From Myxococcota bacterium (GTDB lineage: Bacteria > Myxococcota_A > UBA9160 > UBA4427): a stretch of 64,000 bases of DNA. Location: positions 2,976,001-3,040,000 of the forward strand of contig OZ252299.1 of assembly GCA_965250285.1 (NCBI GenBank). The letters are read 5' to 3'. Made by a program: the position numbers and the translations under genes. Positions 58,074 through 64,000 of this stretch are shown piece after piece; within the stretch, counting starts at the first letter, position 1, and each line of letters opens with the position of its first letter. Under the pieces are notes generated by a model. That model worked only from the letters and a program-made list of their open reading frames with translations. It ran no database searches and was not told the DNA's origin.

Positions 58074-58966
58074 TCGCGCTCCCGCTTCAGCTGAACCAGT
58101 GAGTCGGCACCCGGAAAGACGAACGACAGGCCGCCCCCGATCGACCAGACATTGCGCGTCGTGGCCGACAGCGGCGCGGAGAAATCGCTCCGCGTGCGGC
58201 CACCCGAGCCGCCGACGTGCGCGGCCACGTAGCGCTGCCGCGTGAAGAAGGGCAGCAGCCACTCGAGCTCGGCGCTGCCGCTGAGGGTGCGTTCGAAGGG
58301 GGCAGCCGAGTGATCCTCGAGCAGCCAGAGAAAGCCTGCCGTGAACTGGAGCTGCTCGGTCCAGTACCAGCCCGAGCTCGCGACGCCCGAATATTCGTTC
58401 ACGTCGTCGGTGAAGCCCGTCCCCTCGAAGCTCGCGTACGCGTAGTCGAACGACGTCTGCCAGTCGATCGGACCGAGACCCTGGTCAGGAATGTATGCGC
58501 CCAGGCCAAGAGAGACACCGTGGGTCACCTCGTCGTTCGCTCCATCGAGCGCCGGGTCGCCGTAGCGAAAGCGGTAGCCGAGGCGAAAGAAGCCAGCGTC
58601 GGGATCTCGCGTGAAGAGGTCGAAGCCCGCGCGCACGAGATAGCCGTAGCTGTCGTCCGCGGGGCTGACCGGCGTTGCGCCCTCGTCTGCGCCGCGCAGC
58701 TCACCCGATGCCAGCACGCGACCACCGAAGCGCTCCCCAATCGGAAAGGTCAGGCGGCCAGCGACGACCGGGCCGCCGATCTCGACCGACGGCAGATAGA
58801 CGGTCGAGCCGCCGGCGTCGAGCGTGGCCCCTGCGCGCTCGGCGTAGCCGTAGCCGCCGAAGAGGCTCGCGTTCACACCGTCGACGGCCGGCTTGCGGTC
58901 GATCTCCTGAGCGAGCGTCGGCCCGGCAAGCCAGAGAGAGCCGGCGGCCAGCAGCCCGGTGATCAT
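58070..58966 (-). CDS. Exported hypothetical protein, probable beta-barrel
   Basis: Signal peptide ending TLAQ, amphipathic strand pattern; overlaps the PKD gene start. Confidence 0.55.
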   Translation of the reverse strand: MITGLLAAGSLWLAGPTLAQEIDRKPAVDGVNASLFGGYGYAERAGATLDAGGSTVYLPSVEIGGPVVAGRLTFPIGERFGGRVLASGELRGADEGATPVSPADDSYGYLVRAGFDLFTRDPDAGFFRLGYRFRYGDPALDGANDEVTHGVSLGLGAYIPDQGLGPIDWQTSFDYAYASFEGTGFTDDVNEYSGVASSGWYWTEQLQFTAGFLWLLEDHSAAPFERTLSGSAELEWLLPFFTRQRYVAAHVGGSGGRTRSDFSAPLSATTRNVWSIGGGLSFVFPGADSLVQLKRERE

Positions 58967-59271
58967 GCGATGGGTGGATGCGAGCAAGAGTCGTCCCTGA
59001 TCTGGCGGCACACGCGTGCGCGCCGCCGCGCACGTCGTCGCTGTGAGTGGCCGCGGTGAGGCCAATCGTTGCGCACGACCTTCGAACGCCTCGACCCCGC
59101 GCGCAGCGGATCGGAAGCATACCGGCAACATGCCCTCACGAGAATGCAGCCGTCGCTGCCGAAGGCCACCCACCCAAGCCTTCCGGCAGTCTTCGACCGC
59201 GCCCGGCCGCCGGGCCCGCGGGCCGGTCACCGAGCCGAGCCGCACCGACACGGCGCCGGCCCGGGCCCGCG

Positions 59272-59805
59272 TCAGCCGCGGTCGTCGGTGCCCCACCCCC
59301 TGGCGAACGGCACCATGAAGACGGGCTCGAGCTTCATGTGCGTGTGGAGCCACACCCCACGCTCGCGCCGATACCGGTCGTGCTCGACCCCCGACATCCA
59401 CATCGCGGTGCCGTCGGGCATCGTGCACGGGGCGAGGATGTCCCACGTGCCCGTGGCGGTGTCTCCATCGATTCGAATCTCGGGCTTCACGAAGTAGTGC
59501 CAGCTGAACTGCAGCGTCGGCGAGAGGAAGCGTGCCCGAATCGCGTCGTGCCCCTCGGCGACGCCCAGCGTCGCGCCGCCGTCCCACACCGCGTCGCTCG
59601 TGAACAGCGCGACGAGCGCGTCGGCGGCCTCGGCGATCTCGGCTTCGCTCTTCGGGCCCTTGCGCGTGTAGCGTCGGTCGGCGAGCGCGCCGTAGCGCGA
59701 CTTCAGGTTCTGGATCGCCTGGAACGCCTCGAGCTCGTCGACGCGCTGTCGCAGAGCCGCCACCTCGCGCGCGAGCGCCCCGACGTCATCGTGTTGTGTC
59801 GCCAT
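59272..59805 (-). CDS. NTF2/SnoaL-like protein
   Basis: IQNLKSRYG..D, LFTSDAVWD, IDGDTATG, YRRERGVW. Confidence 0.85.
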   Translation of the reverse strand: MATQHDDVGALAREVAALRQRVDELEAFQAIQNLKSRYGALADRRYTRKGPKSEAEIAEAADALVALFTSDAVWDGGATLGVAEGHDAIRARFLSPTLQFSWHYFVKPEIRIDGDTATGTWDILAPCTMPDGTAMWMSGVEHDRYRRERGVWLHTHMKLEPVFMVPFARGWGTDDRG

Positions 59806-59834
59806 CTCTCGATCTCCATCTCGCTAAGGCACGT

Positions 59835-61388
59835 TCACGAGGGGCGCTCGGTCTCGTCGAAGACCGTGAGGCCCTCGAGGTCGCGCTCTCGGCGGGGCAG
59901 CAGCAGCGCCGCACCGAACCCGACGCCGAAGCTCGTGACGTTCCCGATGAACGCGGTGTAGTACGTGTCGAAGGGGACCGTCCAGGCCTCGGGAAAGAGA
60001 CCGAGCGTCCAGAGCGTGAACGTCGCGGTGCAGGCGATGCCGATCCAGACGGCCCGCGCATCGCCGACCCGGGTCAGGAAACCGAGCAGGTAGATGCCGA
60101 GGATGCCGCCGCCGAGCAGCGCCGTCAGCTTGATCGACGTGTCTTGCAGAGTGCGAGACTCGGCGTGCAGCAGCCCCCAGGCGCCGGCGAGCATCGCGAG
60201 CGACGTGACCGCGGCGATGCCCCACGCCACGTGCAGATAGTGCCGATCGTCGCGATCAGGCGCGATCATGCGCTTGTAGATGTCGACGATGCCAACGGTG
60301 GCGACGGCGTTGATGCTCGAGTCGAGCGACGACATGCCCGAGGCCAGCGCCGCCGCGATCACGAGGCCCGCCAGCCCGACCGGCAAGTGATTCAGCACGA
60401 AGAAGGGCACGATGCCTTCGGGTCGCTCGCCACCGTCGAGCATCGCCGTCGCCTCGGGCGCGGGAAAGACCTGGAAGTACACGAAGAGCGCCGTGCCGAG
60501 GAACATGTAGAAGGTCCACGTCGGCATCGCGACGAGGACACTCACGAGCATGCCGCGCCGCGCCTCCTTCAGGCTCTTCGCCGCGCAGTAGCGCTGCACG
60601 AAGTGCTGCGCCGTCACGTACTCGGTCAGAAAGAACGTCGCACTCATCAGGATCATCAGAGGGATCGTCTTCTCGCCGAGATCGAAGCCCCAGCTCATGT
60701 GCACGACACGCTCGCCATCCCAGTACCCGAGCGCAAACTTGTCGTACGCGCTGGCGACTTCGAAGATCTGCCCGAGCCCGCCGGGCAGCTCGGCCACGAT
60801 GATGCCCAGACACAGCAGGCTGCCCGACGCGAGCACGACGGTCTGGACGACGTCGGTCCAGATCACGCCGTCGATGCCGCCCACGATCGTGTAGGCCGCG
60901 ACGAAGACGCCGACGAGCACGATGCAGAGGCCTTCGTCGAGGCCCGTGAGCGAATGCGCCAGCAGGGCGAGCAGGTAGAGCACGAGCGAGAGCCGAAGCA
61001 GCTGGGCCCCGATATAGGTGAGCGCACCGTAGACACGGACCGACGGGCCGAAGCGCGCCTCCAGGTACTCGTACGCCGTCGTGGTGCGACCGCGGCGATA
61101 GAAGGGGATGAACACGAGCGCGGCGATCAGCCCCGCGATGGGGACGAACACATAGGGCAGGAAGCGCAGCCAATACGTCTTGAATGCGTCGGCCGGCATC
61201 GAGAGAAACGTCACCGAGCTGATCGCCGTGCCGACCATGCTCAGCCCGATCACCCAGCCGGGGAACCGCCGCCCGCCGACGAAGTACTCCTCGGTGTCGG
61301 TGTTCTTGCGCCCGAACCAGAGCGCCATGGCCGCCATCGCGACCATGTAGAGGAGCACGACGCAGGCATCGAGAAATCGCAGACTCAA
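59835..61388 (-). CDS. Sodium:solute symporter
   Basis: EYFVGGR, AYEYLEARF, VIWTDVVQ, VQRYCAA, MSSLDS. Confidence 0.92.
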   Translation of the reverse strand: MSLRFLDACVVLLYMVAMAAMALWFGRKNTDTEEYFVGGRRFPGWVIGLSMVGTAISSVTFLSMPADAFKTYWLRFLPYVFVPIAGLIAALVFIPFYRRGRTTTAYEYLEARFGPSVRVYGALTYIGAQLLRLSLVLYLLALLAHSLTGLDEGLCIVLVGVFVAAYTIVGGIDGVIWTDVVQTVVLASGSLLCLGIIVAELPGGLGQIFEVASAYDKFALGYWDGERVVHMSWGFDLGEKTIPLMILMSATFFLTEYVTAQHFVQRYCAAKSLKEARRGMLVSVLVAMPTWTFYMFLGTALFVYFQVFPAPEATAMLDGGERPEGIVPFFVLNHLPVGLAGLVIAAALASGMSSLDSSINAVATVGIVDIYKRMIAPDRDDRHYLHVAWGIAAVTSLAMLAGAWGLLHAESRTLQDTSIKLTALLGGGILGIYLLGFLTRVGDARAVWIGIACTATFTLWTLGLFPEAWTVPFDTYYTAFIGNVTSFGVGFGAALLLPRRERDLEGLTVFDETERPS

Positions 61389-61529
61389 GCGTGGAGATCC
61401 TGTGGTCGGGCGGACGCTCGGCGCGGGGCCCCGATGACGTCTCAGGGTAGCGACCTCGCACGGCCGGGGCGCCCCGGTCTATGATGGCGGCCTGCCCACG
61501 CGCGGACGACCGCGACGAAGGAGCACCCG

Positions 61530-62489
61530 ATGCCCAAGGTCCAGACGATCACCGGTGCAATCGACAGCGCCGACCTCGGCTTCACTCTGATGCACGAGCA
61601 CATCATGATCGCGAACCCCGGCATGCGGGCCGCCTACGACGACTGGGTCGACACCCAGAAGGTGATCGAGTTCGCCACCGAGGAAGCCAAACTCGTCAAG
61701 GCATGCGGCGTTTCGACCCTGGTCGATCTCACGCCGATCAATCTCGGTCGTGACATCGACGTCATGCGGGCCGTGGCCGAGGGCGCCGAGATCAACGTCA
61801 TCGCGGCGACGGGGTTGTACTACCACGAAGAGCCGTGGATGGGCGGCTGGGAGCCCGATCGCATCGCTGAGTGGTTCGTCCGCGACGTCGAGCGGGGCAT
61901 CCAGGGCACCGACGCCCGGGCGGGCATCATCAAGTGCGCCACCGACCACGACGGCGTGACGCCGATCAACGAGAAGCTCCTGCGCGCCGCAGCCAAGACC
62001 CATCGTGCGACCGGCATCCCCATCTCGACCCACACCGATCCAGCGGCCGATACGGGACCGGCCCAGCAGATCGTGTTCGAAGACGAGGGGGTCGACCTCG
62101 GGCGCGTCGTCATCGGTCACACGGGAGACACCAACGACTTCGACTACATCGAACGCGTCCTCGCGAAGGGCAGCTACATCGGCATGGACCGCTTCGGGAT
62201 CGACCGCCCCGTCGACACCGACATGCGCGTCAAGGTCATCGCCGAGCTCTGCCAGCGCGGCTATGCCGACAAGATGGTGCTGAGCCACGACGCCTGCTGC
62301 CATATCGACTTCGCGCCCCAGGACGTGATCGACGCCGGTCTGCGCACGGTGTTCAAGAATTGGCACTTCAGACACGTCCCCGAGGACGTGATCCCCGCCT
62401 TGAAGCGCGGCGGGGTCGACGATGCCCAGATCGACGCGATGACGACGGCCAACCCGCGGGCGATCTTCGAAGCCCAGGGCGCGTACTAG
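61530..62489 (+). CDS. Phosphotriesterase-like lactonase family protein
   Basis: LMHEH, GIIKCA, STHT, IGH, LSHD. Confidence 0.92.
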   Translation: MPKVQTITGAIDSADLGFTLMHEHIMIANPGMRAAYDDWVDTQKVIEFATEEAKLVKACGVSTLVDLTPINLGRDIDVMRAVAEGAEINVIAATGLYYHEEPWMGGWEPDRIAEWFVRDVERGIQGTDARAGIIKCATDHDGVTPINEKLLRAAAKTHRATGIPISTHTDPAADTGPAQQIVFEDEGVDLGRVVIGHTGDTNDFDYIERVLAKGSYIGMDRFGIDRPVDTDMRVKVIAELCQRGYADKMVLSHDACCHIDFAPQDVIDAGLRTVFKNWHFRHVPEDVIPALKRGGVDDAQIDAMTTANPRAIFEAQGAY

Positions 62490-62496
62490 GCGCGCC

Positions 62497-62961
62497 ATGG
62501 AAGTCTGGGAGCTGATCGCCCGAGAGAGCGCCCGCGACCTGGTCGCGCGATACAACGCGTGTGGCGACGCAGACGAGCTCGAAGAGATGATCTCGCTGTT
62601 CGCCGACGATGCGGTCATGGATGTCGGGCCATGGGGCCGTCACGAGGGCGCCGCTGCGATTCGCGCGTTCTTCGAGGGCGTGCGCAGGCCGTCGGGGACC
62701 GATGGCTCTGCCGGCGAGCGCCGTTTCATTCGCCACTTCACGGCCACGCATCGCATCGACGTCGAGAGCCCCGTGGCCGCACGAGGCCAGTGCTACTTCG
62801 TCGTGCTCACGAGCGACGGCGTCGACCATTGGGGTCGCTACGTCGATCGATACACGCAGCGTGGCGGGATCTGGTACTTCTCGCAGCGTGAGGTGTTCGT
62901 CGACGGCGTGACCCCCGGCGGCTGGGCCGATGCGCGCCGTGCCCGGGCCTCGACCGACTGA
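62497..62961 (+). CDS. NTF2/SnoaL-like protein
   Basis: LVARY..GD, LFADDA, IRHF, GRYVDRY. Confidence 0.85.
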   Translation: MEVWELIARESARDLVARYNACGDADELEEMISLFADDAVMDVGPWGRHEGAAAIRAFFEGVRRPSGTDGSAGERRFIRHFTATHRIDVESPVAARGQCYFVVLTSDGVDHWGRYVDRYTQRGGIWYFSQREVFVDGVTPGGWADARRARASTD

Positions 62962-62979
62962 TCCGTCCCTACAAAACGC

Positions 62980-63008
62980 GAGCGCCGCCCCCGATCGGGA
63001 CGGCGCTC
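62980..63008 (-). terminator. Hairpin between convergent genes, likely terminator
   Basis: GAGCGCCG...CGGCGCTC stem, with a short T-run nearby on the minus strand. Confidence 0.55.
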
Positions 63009-63035
63009 TGTGGATCGCGCGCGGGCGAGGCCGGT

Positions 63036-64000
63036 CTAGTTGTCGAGCACCTCGGCCGCGATCAGCTTCTCGAGATGCGACGTATCCCAGAAGCTGACCT
63101 GCAGCTGCTTCGCGCGGCGGAAGTAGAGCTGCGCGTCGTACTCGATCGTGAAGCCGACACCGCCGAAGACCTGAAGCGACATGGCGGTCAGGTCGCGGTA
63201 GGTCTGGTTCGTGAACAGCTTCGCCATCGGCGCGAGGGTGGCGACGTCGCGGCCCTCGGCCCGGGCCCAGGCGGCCTCGTACACCAGCGTCCTGCCGCCG
63301 TTCACGTTCGTGGCCGCATCGGCCATGTAGTGACTCAGCGACTGGAATGCACCGAGGGGCTTGTCGAACTGGGTGCGCTCCTTCGAGTACTCGACCGTCA
63401 TCTCGAGCGCGCGGTCGGCGCCACCGGTCGCGAGGGCCGCCAGCAGGATCGCGCCATCGAGCATGAGGTTGTGCCACGTGCGCCAGTCGCCCACGGTGTC
63501 GCTCGCCGGCACGCGCAGACCGTCGAACGTCACCTGGTACTGGGTATCGCTGGCGAGGCTCTTCTGCTGCTCGAGCGACACGCCCGACGCCTTGGGATCG
63601 ACGAGCAAGAGCGTGACGTCTTCTTCGCCGTCGCCCGTGCGCACCGGCACGATCAAACGATCGGCCGAGCTCGCGAAGAGGGCGTGGCGCTTCACGCCGC
63701 TCACGACGAAGTCGTCGCCATCGCGCTCCGCGCGCAGCTGCACGCCCTTGGCGCCGTAGCCGTTGCCCGGCTCGAGCCACGCGACCGAGAAGATCGCATC
63801 GCCGCTGGCGAGCTTCGGCAGCCAGGTCTCCTTCTGGTCGTCGGTGCCGGCGGCCAGAAGCGTGCCCGCGCCGAGCACGCAGCTCACGAAGTGCGGGGTC
63901 GGCGCCAGGGAGCGGCCGAACTCTTCGTAGACCACGACACCCTCGAGCAGCGACATGCCGCCACCGCCATACGTCTCGGGGATCAGCAGGCCGAGCACCC
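63036..64000 (-). CDS. Acyl-CoA dehydrogenase; 5' end lies outside the window
   Basis: RTQFDKPLGAFQ, LQVFGGVGFT. Confidence 0.9.
   Translation of the reverse strand, partial: VLGLLIPETYGGGGMSLLEGVVVYEEFGRSLAPTPHFVSCVLGAGTLLAAGTDDQKETWLPKLASGDAIFSVAWLEPGNGYGAKGVQLRAERDGDDFVVSGVKRHALFASSADRLIVPVRTGDGEEDVTLLLVDPKASGVSLEQQKSLASDTQYQVTFDGLRVPASDTVGDWRTWHNLMLDGAILLAALATGGADRALEMTVEYSKERTQFDKPLGAFQSLSHYMADAATNVNGGRTLVYEAAWARAEGRDVATLAPMAKLFTNQTYRDLTAMSLQVFGGVGFTIEYDAQLYFRRAKQLQVSFWDTSHLEKLIAAEVLDN

Overview
High-GC bacterial DNA from a probably diderm host (two ORFs look like outer-membrane beta-barrels ending in Phe); no rRNA, tRNA, CRISPR or transposase seen. Main blocks: (1) a steroid C/D-ring (HIP) catabolic gene set, split into an ipdA-ipdB-ipdC-echA20-ACAD-ACAD-DUF35-ltp-fadA6-SDR-ACAD-SDR-maoC operon (710-12865) and a divergent ipdF-fadE30 / fadD3 unit (23158-28448), with a TetR gene whose candidate 17-bp operator recurs at three promoters; (2) accessory genes including a CYP124-like P450 and an Erm-like methyltransferase with an overlapping leader ORF carrying an R-x-R motif; (3) a glycine-zipper/PepSY/PhoPQ-like module; (4) a 13-gene MarR-led minus-strand operon (35451-47818) with five amidohydrolases, two cupins, TauD, an LLM enzyme, a PaaK-like ligase and a UGA-split UGSC selenoprotein gene with a SECIS-like hairpin; (5) P450/ferredoxin reductase, transporters, a multi-PKD surface protein, SnoaL proteins and a phosphotriesterase-like enzyme. 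A 160-bp palindromic element occurs twice between convergent genes. All calls come from reading motifs by eye; no database search was run.
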